A DNA stretch of 50,571 nt from Sedimentisphaerales bacterium (lineage in GTDB: Bacteria > Planctomycetota > Phycisphaerae > Sedimentisphaerales > Anaerobacaceae): assembly GCA_049284355.1 (NCBI GenBank), contig JBAPXT010000317.1, positions 1 to 50,571 on the forward strand, in the 5' to 3' direction. The notes beneath the pieces were generated by a model, which saw only the letters and a list, made by a program, of their open reading frames with translations, was not told the origin of the DNA and searched no databases. Both the position numbers and the translations under genes were made by a program. How positions within the stretch are numbered: the first letter of the stretch is position 1; the number at the start of each line of letters is the position of its first letter. Below, piece by piece: positions 35,206 to 46,300 of this stretch.

Positions 35206-37689
35206 ATGGCTAAGAAACCTGCCCGAAAAAGAAACATCGAACAATATGACCATAAAGACAAAAAAAGAGTCAATAATCCGCCGGTCGGACTTGTTACTCC
35301 CGATACCGATAAAGATACTGGAACAAAACAACAATATAAATATGACCCGCATTTAGACCCGCAATTAGTCTGGGCAGGAAAGGCTGAACATACCTTATTC
35401 CAAGTGCCTACACGCTCACTTCACGTCCACGAAAGAATAGACCCAAAAACAATAATCGAAGCAGTCCGAAAAAGAAACGGTCAACAACAGCCGGGACTTT
35501 TTGATTCGCTCGATGAAAATCTGCCGCTACGAGAAGCAATAGAATTTTATAAACACGCCCATAACTGGTCTAACCGCTTAATAGCGGGCGATTCTCTTTT
35601 GGTTATGAATTCGCTTTTGGAAAAAGAAGGCCTCTCCGGCAAAGTCCAGATGGTTTATATCGACCCGCCTTACGGCATCAAATACGGCAGTAATTTTCAG
35701 CCGTTTGTAAATAAACGCGATGTCAAAGATGGCCGTGACGAAGATTTGACGGCTGAACCCGAAATGATAAAGGCCTTCCGCGATACGTGGGAATTGGGAA
35801 TACATTCATATCTGACTTATCTGCGAGATAGATTATTACTTACGAAAGAACTCCTGACGGAAAGTGGTTCCTGCTTCGTCCAGATTTCTGATGCGAATGT
35901 TCACCTTGTTAGAAACCTGATGGATGAAGTATTTCGTGTGGAAAATTTTGTTAGTTTGGTTAGTTTTTCTACAACCAGCGGTTTTGCATCAAATACTCTA
36001 AGCCGAGCAGGTGATTATTTGGTCTGGTATGCAAAAGATATTGATAAAATTAAGTATCGCCAACTATTTAAGCAAAAGTTTGCAGGTGATGAGGGTGCAA
36101 CAAAATATAAACCGGTAAAAAATTATGGTTCGATCCCACAAAAATGGTGGCCCGAAGATAAGTTAGTAAGTGTAGATTCGCTCACTTCGCAAGGGCCAAC
36201 TGAATCAGAATCCGAATTTGTTTATGAAGGAAAGAGTTACTATCCTCCTAAAGGGATGCATTGGAAAACGACTGTAGCGGGATTACAAAGTCTTGTAAAA
36301 GCAAAAAGGGTAGTAATAGAAGGTAATTCCCCAAGGTTCCTTAGATTTATGGATGATTTTCCTGTTTATCCTATTAACAATCTTTGGTCAGATATAGGAG
36401 GCGTTCAAAATAGAATCGAAGGGAAAATTTATGTTGTGCAAACTTCAACAAGTGCAATCGAACGCTGCATTCTTATGACAACTGACGCCGGTGATTTGGT
36501 TTTTGACCCGACCTGTGGGAGCGGGACGACGGCTTATGTGGCGGAGCAATGGGGAAGGAGATGGATAACGTGCGATACATCGAGGGTCGCGATTGCACTG
36601 GCGAAGCAGCGGTTAATGACTACAGTATTTGATTATTACGAACTTGCCCATACATCCGAAGGCGTCTCAAGCGGTTTCAAATACAAAACAGTTCCGCATA
36701 TTACATTAAAATCCATTGCCAATAATGAACCGCCTCAAGATGAAACACTTTATGACCAGCCTTACGTTGATAATTCGAGGGCGAGGGTAACCGGGCCTTT
36801 TACGATAGAAGCGGTGCCTGCACCGATGGTGAGGCCGATAGATGATATTGAAGTTCAGCCGGCATCCGATGCCTCGATTGTTCGCAGCGGCGAAACAAAG
36901 AGGCAGGATGAGTGGCGGAGCGAATTATTGAAAGCCGGTATCAGAGGCAAAGGCGGACAAAAGATAGAGTTCAGCAGGGTAGAAGCCCTTGGCGGAACAA
37001 GGTCTTTGCAGGCCGAAGCGGAAACCAAAGAAGACAAACCTCAAAGGGTGGTTATATCGTTCGGGCCGGAACACGCACCACTTGAACAAAGGCAGGTTGA
37101 ACAGGCGATTGATGAGGCCGAACATCTTAAGCCAACGCCTAAGATAATTATTTTTGCTGCCTTTCAATTTGACCCTGAAGCAGCAAAAGATATCGATGAA
37201 ACGGATTGGCCGGGAGTTACGCTGCTGAAGGTTCAGATGAACGCTGATTTGTTTACAGACGATTTGAAAAAGAAACGTTCAAGCAATGAAAGTTTCTGGC
37301 TCATCGGCCAGCCAGACGTTGTTCTTGAGCAGATAAAAAAGGGCGAACATAAAGGCAAATATCAGGTTACCGTCAAGGGTTTTGATTATTACAATACCCG
37401 GACAGGAATACTTGATTCCGGCGGGACGGATAAAATCGCTATGTGGATGCTCGATACCGATTACGACGGCAGAAGTCTTTATCCAAGGCAGGTATTTTTC
37501 CCGATGGCGGGTGAAAATGAAGGCTGGAAAAAACTTGCCAAAAATTTAAAGGCTGAAATAGATGAAGACCTGATAGAGGCTTATAGAGGTACGGTTTCTC
37601 TTCCATTCGAGCCGGGCGATAATAAGAAGATTGCCGTTAAAATCATCGACGACAGGGGAATTGAAAGCTTACGCATAATGGAGCTATAA
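35206..37689 (+). CDS. mod: Type III R-M DNA methyltransferase (Mod, beta-class N6A/N4C MTase)
   Basis: 827 aa. Motif IV DPPYG (35662-35676) precedes motif I FDPTCGSGTT (36502-36531), with a long variable TRD between them. This is the Mod/beta-class order. Confidence 0.9.
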   Translation: MAKKPARKRNIEQYDHKDKKRVNNPPVGLVTPDTDKDTGTKQQYKYDPHLDPQLVWAGKAEHTLFQVPTRSLHVHERIDPKTIIEAVRKRNGQQQPGLFDSLDENLPLREAIEFYKHAHNWSNRLIAGDSLLVMNSLLEKEGLSGKVQMVYIDPPYGIKYGSNFQPFVNKRDVKDGRDEDLTAEPEMIKAFRDTWELGIHSYLTYLRDRLLLTKELLTESGSCFVQISDANVHLVRNLMDEVFRVENFVSLVSFSTTSGFASNTLSRAGDYLVWYAKDIDKIKYRQLFKQKFAGDEGATKYKPVKNYGSIPQKWWPEDKLVSVDSLTSQGPTESESEFVYEGKSYYPPKGMHWKTTVAGLQSLVKAKRVVIEGNSPRFLRFMDDFPVYPINNLWSDIGGVQNRIEGKIYVVQTSTSAIERCILMTTDAGDLVFDPTCGSGTTAYVAEQWGRRWITCDTSRVAIALAKQRLMTTVFDYYELAHTSEGVSSGFKYKTVPHITLKSIANNEPPQDETLYDQPYVDNSRARVTGPFTIEAVPAPMVRPIDDIEVQPASDASIVRSGETKRQDEWRSELLKAGIRGKGGQKIEFSRVEALGGTRSLQAEAETKEDKPQRVVISFGPEHAPLEQRQVEQAIDEAEHLKPTPKIIIFAAFQFDPEAAKDIDETDWPGVTLLKVQMNADLFTDDLKKKRSSNESFWLIGQPDVVLEQIKKGEHKGKYQVTVKGFDYYNTRTGILDSGGTDKIAMWMLDTDYDGRSLYPRQVFFPMAGENEGWKKLAKNLKAEIDEDLIEAYRGTVSLPFEPGDNKKIAVKIIDDRGIESLRIMEL

Positions 37690-38520
37690 ATGGAAACGAC
37701 AAAAATAGCGGTATTCAGAGGCAAGCGGATAAGGAAAACTCTTCACAAAAACGAATGGTGTTTCTCGATTAGCGACGTGGTGGAGGCGCTGACAGATACG
37801 CCCAATAGTACTGATTACATCAAGAAAATGCGGAAACGAGACCCGGAGCTTGCCAAAGGGTGGGGACAAATTGTCACCCCCCTTGTAGTCGAGACCGAGG
37901 GCGGGCCCCAGAAAGTGAACTGTGCCAATACCGAAGGTATTTTCCGCATTATCCAGTCAATTCCATCTCCCAAAGCCGAACCTTTCAAACGCTGGTTAGC
38001 AAGGGTTGGCTACGAACGTATACAGGAAATCGAAGACCCCGAACTGGCAACAAAAAGAACCAGGGCATTGTACAAGGCCAAGGGATATTCGGACGGCTGG
38101 ATTGAAAAACGTATGCGGGGTATTGCAATCCGCGAAGAACTTACCGATGAATGGAATAAACGCGGCGTCAAAGAAGACTCCGAATATGCAATCCTCACCG
38201 CCGAAATATCGAAGGCAACATTCGGCTTAACGCCTTCGCAATACAAACGGCTTAAGGGTTTGAAACGCGAAAATCTACGTGACCATATGAACGACCTTGA
38301 GCAAATCTTTTCAATGTTAGGCGAAGCTGCAACAACAGAAATAACCCGTAACCGTGATGCTCAGGGCTTTGTCGAAAGCAAACACGCTGCCGTCGAAGGT
38401 GGCGGAGTTGCCGGTAAGGCCAGAAAAGACCTCGAATCCAGAACCGGCAAACGGGTTGTTTCAAGACAGAATTACCTGGAGAGTCCGCAGGATAAAAAGT
38501 TATTGAAAGGCGGCAAATGA
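37690..38520 (+). CDS. Bro-N / DinD-like (DNA-damage-inducible protein D family) protein embedded in the R-M operon
   Basis: 276 aa. The N-terminus FRGKRIRKTLHKNEWCFSISDVVEAL is Bro-N-like. The middle and C-terminal parts (PKAEPFKRWLARVGYERIQEIEDPE ... LKGLKRENLRDHM) resemble the E. coli DinD layout as I recall it. The ATG directly abuts the mod TAA, and the stop overlaps the res ATG (ATGA). Confidence 0.7.
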   Translation: METTKIAVFRGKRIRKTLHKNEWCFSISDVVEALTDTPNSTDYIKKMRKRDPELAKGWGQIVTPLVVETEGGPQKVNCANTEGIFRIIQSIPSPKAEPFKRWLARVGYERIQEIEDPELATKRTRALYKAKGYSDGWIEKRMRGIAIREELTDEWNKRGVKEDSEYAILTAEISKATFGLTPSQYKRLKGLKRENLRDHMNDLEQIFSMLGEAATTEITRNRDAQGFVESKHAAVEGGGVAGKARKDLESRTGKRVVSRQNYLESPQDKKLLKGGK

Positions 38521-41327
38521 GTCAGGGTAAGATAGACCATTTGATAATCAACTCGCCTTTTGAAGAGCCGAAACTTCACTGGTTCTATCACAGGGAAAGC
38601 AGAAAATTTGAAAAAAGAACAGGCAGAAGACCTGCGGGATATATAACTGCTTCACCGGATTCAAGAGGTTTTGACGACCCGGGAATTTTTAACGAATTGC
38701 CTTTGGTTAATCAAATCAGACAGCGAGTTAAAAAATGGAGAGAACAAAATTATCCCGGCACCACAGGCATAACCAAAAGACTCCTTGAACACTGGAACGA
38801 CAAGGCCACAAGGCAATATCCGTTATTTTTTTGTCAGATAGAAGCGATAGAAACGCTAATCTGGCTTACAGAAGCACCGGCAGCGGAAAAAACAGGAATT
38901 GATATTCCTTCCGATGGCGGGGGATTTACAAGGCTCTGCTCTAAAATGGCAACGGGCTCAGGCAAGACCATTGTAATGGCAATGCTTATCGCTTGGCAGG
39001 TTCTTAACAAAATTACTTACCCACAGGATACACGTTTTTCAAAAAATGTGCTCATTATAGCACCGGGACTTACTGTCAAAAGTCGATTAGGTGTTCTTGT
39101 TCCTGATTCGGCAGGCAATTTTTACGACGAGTTTGGTATCCTGCCTACCGGTTTATATGAAAAAATCAGACAGGGAAAAGTTGTCATTCATAATTGGCAT
39201 ATACTCGGCTGGGATACCGAAGAACAAATTGCGAAAAAGAGAACGGTCGATAAACGCGGCGTAAAAAGCGATGAGGCTTATGTCCGTGAAGTTCTTGGTG
39301 ATATGGCCAACGCCCAGAATATTATTGTGATAAACGACGAGGCTCATCATGCGTGGCGGTCTAATCCTGAGGCTATAGGGAAATATCTGAGACAAAGAGA
39401 TATGAAGGATAGCGCCGAAGAAGCTACTATCTGGGTCGGTGGTCTCGACAGGGTTCACAGGGCAAGAGGGATTTTGACTTGTTTTGATTTTTCGGCTACT
39501 CCGTTTGCGCCTTCTGGAAAACAAAGCACCGAAGAAAATCTTTTCGGCTGGGTTGTAAGTGATTTTGGATTAAATGATGCTATCGAATCAGGTCTTGTAA
39601 AAACTCCTCGTGTTGTTGTTCGTGATGATGCTCTGCCGAATGTCAATACCTATAAACCAAAACTGTATCATATCTATCCGGAAGTGAAGGATGATATTTG
39701 CCGCAAGGCTGAACCTGAAGAACCTTTGCCTGACCTAATAATGAATGGTTATACACTTCTTGGAGCAGACTGGCTTGAAACAGCAAAACTTTGGGAACAA
39801 ATCGGTCGTACAACGCCGCCCGTGATGATAACCGTTGCAAATATGACCTATACCGCCGCCCGTGTCAAATATGCCTTTGACCATAAACGGGTGAAAATCG
39901 ATGAGCTGTGTGTGCCTGAGAAAACGTTGCATATTGATTCGAGAGTTCTCGAAATAGCCGAATCTCAGGATGAACCGGTTGCTTCTGTTGATGAAAATGG
40001 TGAAAGCTCCGATGAAACTGAAACGCCTGAAAAGAAACTTACTAGAAAAGAGCTTGCAGAGAAACTTAGACAGGCAGTTGACACTATCGGCAAAAAAGGT
40101 AAAGCCGGAGAACAGATACAAAACGTTATTTCGGTTGGTATGCTTTCTGAGGGATGGGATGCAAAAACTGTAACCCATATAATGGGTCTGCGAGCGTTTA
40201 CAAGTCAGTTGCTTTGCGAGCAGGTTGTTGGACGTGGCTTGCGCAGGACTTCTTATGATGATTTCGATGAAAATAAAATGTTCAAGCCGGAATACGTCAA
40301 CATCTTCGGTGTGCCGTTTACTTTTTTACCCCACGAAGCGAAAGAAGATGACGGCGGCCCGCCGCCTCCGCCGCAGCCCAAAACAGCTATCGAACCGGTT
40401 AGTGAAAAAAAAGAATTTGAAATATCCTGGCCCAACATTATCCGCATAGAGGCTGTTTACAAGCCGAGACTAATTCTTGATTGGGACAAAGTAAAACCTT
40501 TGGAACTAAACGCTTTTGATACTCCGCAGGTTGCAGAAATGGCTCCGATTGTTGACGGAAAGCCTGATTTATCTAAAATCAGTGAAATAGACCTTCAGAA
40601 ACTTGGCGAAAAGTATAGATACCAGAGAATTATTTTCGAAGCGGCTGCGGAAAATTACGAAAGAATGAGCAAAAGCTGGAAAGGGAACAAACAAAATCTG
40701 CTCGCTCAATTGATTAAGATTGTCGAACAATTTATATCTTCTGGCAAGATACAAATCATACCTTCACTATTTCATCAGGACGATTTCAAAAAAAGAATTA
40801 TCCTCACGCTGAATATGAACAAGGTGGTTCAGCATATTGCCGACGCTATTAGGCAGGACAATATAGAAACCCTTGAACCTGTGTTTGATTCAGATAGGCC
40901 GATTCGTTCAACTGCCGATATGAGGACTTGGTACACAAGCAAACCCTGCGAACCTGCAAAAAAATCACACATTAACTTTTGTGTCTTTGACAGCACATGG
41001 GAGGCAACGGAGGCATTTCAGCTTGATAGAAGTAAAAATGTCAATGCATGGGTTAAGAATGACCATTTAGGTTTTGACATTACATATATATTCAAAGGTA
41101 TTGTAAAAAAATACTGGCCTGATTTTCTGATTAAACTTACCAATGGTGAATATCTGATTCTTGAAACCAAAGGTCAGGAATCAGCTGAAGACAAAACAAA
41201 AAGACAATTTTTAGCCGAATGGGTCCGAGCAGTAAATGAAAAGGGCGGTTTTGGAAAATGGAAAAGCGATGTCTCATATAATCCAAGTGACATCTCCGAT
41301 ATTCTCGACAATGCCTTTACGGCCTGA
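38517..41327 (+). CDS. res: Type III restriction endonuclease subunit (Res; SF2 helicase plus C-terminal PD-(D/E)xK nuclease)
   Basis: 936 aa. Walker A is MATGSGKT (38946), DEAH is NDEAHHAW (39336) and motif VI is QVVGRGLRR. The nuclease-like PDFLIKL...YLILETKG lies at 41118-41174. Confidence 0.9.
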   Translation: MSQGKIDHLIINSPFEEPKLHWFYHRESRKFEKRTGRRPAGYITASPDSRGFDDPGIFNELPLVNQIRQRVKKWREQNYPGTTGITKRLLEHWNDKATRQYPLFFCQIEAIETLIWLTEAPAAEKTGIDIPSDGGGFTRLCSKMATGSGKTIVMAMLIAWQVLNKITYPQDTRFSKNVLIIAPGLTVKSRLGVLVPDSAGNFYDEFGILPTGLYEKIRQGKVVIHNWHILGWDTEEQIAKKRTVDKRGVKSDEAYVREVLGDMANAQNIIVINDEAHHAWRSNPEAIGKYLRQRDMKDSAEEATIWVGGLDRVHRARGILTCFDFSATPFAPSGKQSTEENLFGWVVSDFGLNDAIESGLVKTPRVVVRDDALPNVNTYKPKLYHIYPEVKDDICRKAEPEEPLPDLIMNGYTLLGADWLETAKLWEQIGRTTPPVMITVANMTYTAARVKYAFDHKRVKIDELCVPEKTLHIDSRVLEIAESQDEPVASVDENGESSDETETPEKKLTRKELAEKLRQAVDTIGKKGKAGEQIQNVISVGMLSEGWDAKTVTHIMGLRAFTSQLLCEQVVGRGLRRTSYDDFDENKMFKPEYVNIFGVPFTFLPHEAKEDDGGPPPPPQPKTAIEPVSEKKEFEISWPNIIRIEAVYKPRLILDWDKVKPLELNAFDTPQVAEMAPIVDGKPDLSKISEIDLQKLGEKYRYQRIIFEAAAENYERMSKSWKGNKQNLLAQLIKIVEQFISSGKIQIIPSLFHQDDFKKRIILTLNMNKVVQHIADAIRQDNIETLEPVFDSDRPIRSTADMRTWYTSKPCEPAKKSHINFCVFDSTWEATEAFQLDRSKNVNAWVKNDHLGFDITYIFKGIVKKYWPDFLIKLTNGEYLILETKGQESAEDKTKRQFLAEWVRAVNEKGGFGKWKSDVSYNPSDISDILDNAFTA

Positions 41328-41813
41328 CCTCGAAGCATAGCGCAGACCTCGGCGACTTGTCTCGGCGTAGCTTGCTTGTCTCGCCATAGCCCTTTGGCGA
41401 CGGCGGAAGCGGAGACGGAAGCCATAGGCGAAGACGGGCCCGCAAACCTTAAAAATTCGCCCCGGCTTTGCCGGACTCAACCGACTATCGACCATTCACT
41501 AACGACTAATTCGTGTCCCCGCACAGCCTGCCCTCGAATGTTGCTGACTTGGTTTTGCTATCGGGGGACCGAAGTGGAGGGATCTGTTAAAAACATCACC
41601 CTCAATTTATTAAGGGGTTCTTCCTCGCCAGCAAGGCCTTGGACTAATTCACAGACACGCCTGAAAGCACAAAAAGTTAAGTAAAAAATTTTTGAATTTT
41701 CTTACATTTCTTGTTGCAACTAAGAAAGAACTCACGTTAAGATGATGCTGTATTCAGCAAAACAGGGAAATTTCGGCTTACCTATTTAATAGAGGAGTAT
41801 TAGGGTCAAATCA

Positions 41814-43232
41814 ATGCTTAACAAAATCCATCTCATAACATTAGTTTTAATTGGTTCAGCCATAGTATTAGTTTTCGTCGGTCTGCTGTTTTTTTCGGCC
41901 AAAGACAAAGTCCCTACTTCCACTGATGTGCCGACTGAACTTGAGCAGGTGAATGCGCCGGCAGAACTTGAGAAGGCCTCTACTCCTGCCGATGCACCGA
42001 CTGAGCTTGAGCAGGCAAAGTCAAACATCCTTTCCACAATCCGGGAGGGCAATTTCGCCGAGGCCGAAGCGCAAACGCAGAAACTACTTGCCAACTCCTC
42101 CGGCCGTAAAGATGCACCTCAGGCCGTCTATGACATAGCATACCGCTATCACGAAGTAGATAGAGATGACAAGGCATTGGAGTTTCATCAGTACAACGTT
42201 GAGCATTTCCCCAATGATATATATGCGATAGATTCGCAGGCGGAGATTGTCTATTATTACATAGTCAACGGTAACGATGCCGCCGCCGATGCGGCTTTTG
42301 ACAAGCTTCTGACCGTATTCGCACAGCACGAAGCGCTGCCGAAAAAAATTTCCCAGGTAGCGGTGATGTATAACAACTTCAACAAACCTGATAAGGCCTT
42401 GACGCTCCACAAATACAATATCGAGCATTTCCCTGATAGTATGTATGCGATGTGGTCGCAGGTGGAGATTGTTTATTCTCATATCCGCAAGGGAGAGGAT
42501 GCCGCTGCCGATGAGGCCTGTGATAAACTTGTTACCGCATATTCTAAGCAGCCGACCTTGCCGAAAGAGGTTTACCAGATAGCAAACGCGTTCAGAAAAG
42601 CAGGAAGATATGATAAGGCCAAGCAGCTCTATCAATACGTTGTCGACAACCCGTGTGGAAGCGAGCAGCGGATTTGGAAAAAAGCAAGCGAGGTAAGGCT
42701 GAATATCGCACTTGGAAACGAAGCAGAAGTTCGGGCGGCTCTTAACGGCTTAATTGCTAATTTTAGCAGCCATCCGGAGTTCTTGGGGATAATAATATCG
42801 CTCGCGGACGAACCGTATGATGAAATCCAGACGGCCCTTAATGGCTTGATTGCTGACGTTAAAGACCATCCGGATTTGCCGATGGCAATATTAATCGCAG
42901 GCGAGCAATACTATAAGGAAGGCCTTGCCAAAGAAAACGCAGGCCTTGAGGACCAGGCCAAAGACCGTTTCCAGAAAGCCGTTAAGATATGGGACTGCCT
43001 TATAAATCACCTTAAGGATTCTCCTTTGGTGCCGCCTAATTTGATACCGGAGGTCTGTTGTTATGCAGGCGATTGTTACCTCAAACTGGGTAAATACCAG
43101 GAATCTATACGGTGTTTTCAAAAAGTCGTTGACAACTATCCTAAGTACAAGTACGCCGGTTATGCCCAGTCTATGGTTGGCCGCTGTTTCGAAGAAATGA
43201 AAAGTGCTGACGCTGTTGAAAAAAATCCATAA
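41814..43232 (+). CDS. Membrane-anchored TPR-repeat protein (terminated by an in-frame TAA; coding-like sequence continues to 43346)
   Basis: 472 aa. An N-terminal TM is followed by a PTELEQ acidic repeat and then repeated ~78-aa helical modules (HQYNVEHFPNDIYA / HKYNIEHFPDSMYA). See the finding on the stop at 43230. Confidence 0.75.
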   Translation: MLNKIHLITLVLIGSAIVLVFVGLLFFSAKDKVPTSTDVPTELEQVNAPAELEKASTPADAPTELEQAKSNILSTIREGNFAEAEAQTQKLLANSSGRKDAPQAVYDIAYRYHEVDRDDKALEFHQYNVEHFPNDIYAIDSQAEIVYYYIVNGNDAAADAAFDKLLTVFAQHEALPKKISQVAVMYNNFNKPDKALTLHKYNIEHFPDSMYAMWSQVEIVYSHIRKGEDAAADEACDKLVTAYSKQPTLPKEVYQIANAFRKAGRYDKAKQLYQYVVDNPCGSEQRIWKKASEVRLNIALGNEAEVRAALNGLIANFSSHPEFLGIIISLADEPYDEIQTALNGLIADVKDHPDLPMAILIAGEQYYKEGLAKENAGLEDQAKDRFQKAVKIWDCLINHLKDSPLVPPNLIPEVCCYAGDCYLKLGKYQESIRCFQKVVDNYPKYKYAGYAQSMVGRCFEEMKSADAVEKNP

Positions 43233-43355
43233 ACTAATGGATGGATAAGAGCTGCTTACAAGCAGATTATTCGGAACTATCCTGATCGCCGGGCGGCAGA
43301 CTATGCTCGCCAATGGCTGTCACAGGAGAAAAACATAATTGAATAAGGAGAAAAA

Positions 43356-46300
43356 ATGAAAGCCCAAAAATTGTCCGCAATCATTTTGATTTTAACCGCA
43401 TTTTTTGCCATCCCCGAAATAAGTTACGGATGTTATAACCCTCCGCCGACCGTTTATATCACCTACCCGGCAAACGGTGATGCGTTCACAAGGGGTAGTG
43501 ATAAAATCACCATCACAGCCAATGCTTGGGATTTCGGCGGCTCCGTAACTAAGGTGAAGTTCTACGACGGCTCAACGCTGCTCGGCGATACCCCCCCTAC
43601 ACCCCCTTCACAACAGTTTACCTACACCTGGAATATTGATGTTACTGTCCCGATTGGTAATCACACGTTGAAAGCCATAGCCTACGACAATGGCACCCCA
43701 CCAGCGACATCCTACTCCACGGTTAACATCACTATCGGTGTAATACGATATGTTGATACCCACGTAATAATAGGTGGCAACAATGATGGCACAAGCTGGA
43801 CAAATGCCTTTAAGTATCTGCAGGATGCCATAGATGTTAACCAGCCGGGCGATCAGATTTGGGTAGCCGAAGGAACTTACTATCCGGATGAGGATAATAG
43901 AGTACCCCGCCACACCAAGGATCTCCGGACAGAGTACTTCCGGTTACATGATGGGGTAAAGCTGTATGGTGGCTTCGAAGGTGGCACGAATGGCGAGACA
44001 ACCCTTGAAGAGCGCAACTGGGTAGAACACAAGACGACTCTAAGCGGCGACATTGGCAAGGACGATAACGGTGGTGCGCCGGATAATGAAAATAGTTACC
44101 ATGTTGTAAAAAGCATAACCGCCAGCAAATCGGCTGTGTTGGATGGCTTTAATATTAAAGGCGGAAACGCAAATGGCACCCGCCTGGATACTCTTGGCGG
44201 CGGAATGTATAATTCCTCCGGCGGTGGTCCCACCATTACCAACTGCGCCTTCAGCGATAACGCCGCCACCTCCGGTGCTGCTATATACAACTCCGGCTCT
44301 TCGCCTGCCTTGACTAACTGCGTCTTCAGCAAAAACTCTGCTTACAACGGCGGCGCCATCTACAACAACGCCTCTTCCCCGATATTAACCAACTGCACCC
44401 TCAGCGCAAATAACGCTAACAACACTACTGGTTATGGCGGAGCAATATATAACTACCACTCTTCTCCTGCTGTAATAAACTCCATTATATGGGGCAATAC
44501 GGCTAAATACAATAATTCAATCTATAACGATAACGGAAGCTGCAATCCAGATACAGGCCTTGTCTCCTGGTGGAAGCTTGATGGAACAGCAGTCGACCCA
44601 AAAGGCGGCAACAATGGAACCATCTACGGCGAAGCAACCTGGGCAACCGGCCAAATTAACGGCGCCCTGGACTTCAACGGCGTACACGATTATGTTGATG
44701 TGGGCGACAAGGACAGCTTGGATTTTGGACACACTGACAGTTTCACAATAAGTCTCTGGTTTAAAAGGGATGTAACTTATGCTGACCATACTCTTATCTC
44801 CAAAAGGGAAGTAATAGATGGCACTCATAATGAGGGCTATTCATGGAGAATATATAATAATCACCTTTATGCAGGGATTGAAGGCACTGATAATATATGT
44901 CCGACTATTACAGGAAGCACTACTATTAAAGCCAACCAATGGTATCATGCAGCATTTGTCAGGGATGCCACTCATAAAATTTACCTTTACTTGAACGGAG
45001 TAAGTGATGCTACACCTGTTACTGACACCACAACAGGCTCATTGGCGAATGATTATCATTTCATGATTGGAAAATGGGAATATTATGGTCTGTATTTTGA
45101 CGGCTTAATCGACGATGTCCGCGTCTACAATCGGGCGCTGACCGAAGACGAGGTCCGCTCGCTGTCACGTTTTGTCTGCTACTCTGACATAGAGGGTTGT
45201 GGCGGCAGTCCGCCGTCAGGCACTTGGGACCCCTATTTCGGCATCGACGGCGGCGGTAACATCAAAACTAACCCTGAGTTTATAAACACTTATGCCCCCG
45301 CAGACCCGGACCCTGCGGGACCGGATGGTGTATTCGGAACTACTGACGACGGTCTGTGCCTCCGAACCGACAGCCCCTGCATCGATGCAGCCGATGGTAA
45401 TGTCGCACCTTCGACCGACATACTTGGCCATGGGCGTGTCGATATCGGTTATGTTAACAATACGGGCATCGGACATCCTATTAATTACGTCGATATGGGC
45501 GCGTACGAGCAAATCGACCAGGTGCCGATACATCAGCTTAAAGTATCCGGCGGCGAAGACCACACTCTGCTTATAAAAATGGATGAGTCTGAAAATTCAA
45601 GTGTATGGGCTTGTGGATATAATAGATGGGGTCCGCTTGGCAATCCGGACTATTGCCCTTCGTATCCAGATGAAGAAGAGGCCTTTACTAATTTTATCGT
45701 GCCGGTTAAAGGCGGCGCAATGGTTACGGATTATTTGGAAAATATCAGTTTTATTGATGCCGGTTACTATCATTCATTAGCCTGTGACAAAAGTGAAAGC
45801 AAACTTGTCTGGGCATGGGGTACTAATACCTATGGGCAAATAGGTAATACCGATGTGCCGAGAGCAGCAGACGGCGACCCTTATGATTACTCTGCGAGAC
45901 GAACCACACCGATTGAAGTGCGTAAAGGTGCAATGAATTCATCTTCCAACTTTCTGGAAAATATTGTGAGGGTCTCTGCCGGCAGAAGCGGTGAATACTC
46001 CTTGGCTCTTGATAGCGCCGGGCGTGCTTGGGCATGGGGTAGGAATGACAAAGGCCAATTAGGCAACAATAAAGATGCGGATGACTACAGCCATATGAAT
46101 GAGTATGAGCCTGTTCCTGTCGCTGTTGTGGCGGGTGAACAGTCCACCCAACCAGGTTACTCAGGAGGAGGGTTTCTGGAGCATATCACAGATATAGATG
46201 CAGGTATAAGTCATTCGATTGCGCTGGATAATAGCGGACACGTCTGGTGCTGGGGCTACAATTCTTATGGTCAGCTCGGCAATGGTACCTCTGGTTCTGG

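Noticed and set aside
34718-35356. Small ORFs in the AT-rich gap (34718..34939, 34830..35015, 34951..35160, 35111..35356), including a 61-aa two-TM-like peptide.
   Set aside because: They have no SD sequences, they overlap each other, and their composition is driven by T-runs. The last one overlaps the mod start out of frame.
41174-41684. ORFs 41174..41425 (-), 41274..41495 (-) and 41376..41684 (+) downstream of res.
   Set aside because: They are Arg/Ala/Ser-rich translations of the GC-rich degenerate repeat segment, with no starts backed by an SD and no family resemblance.
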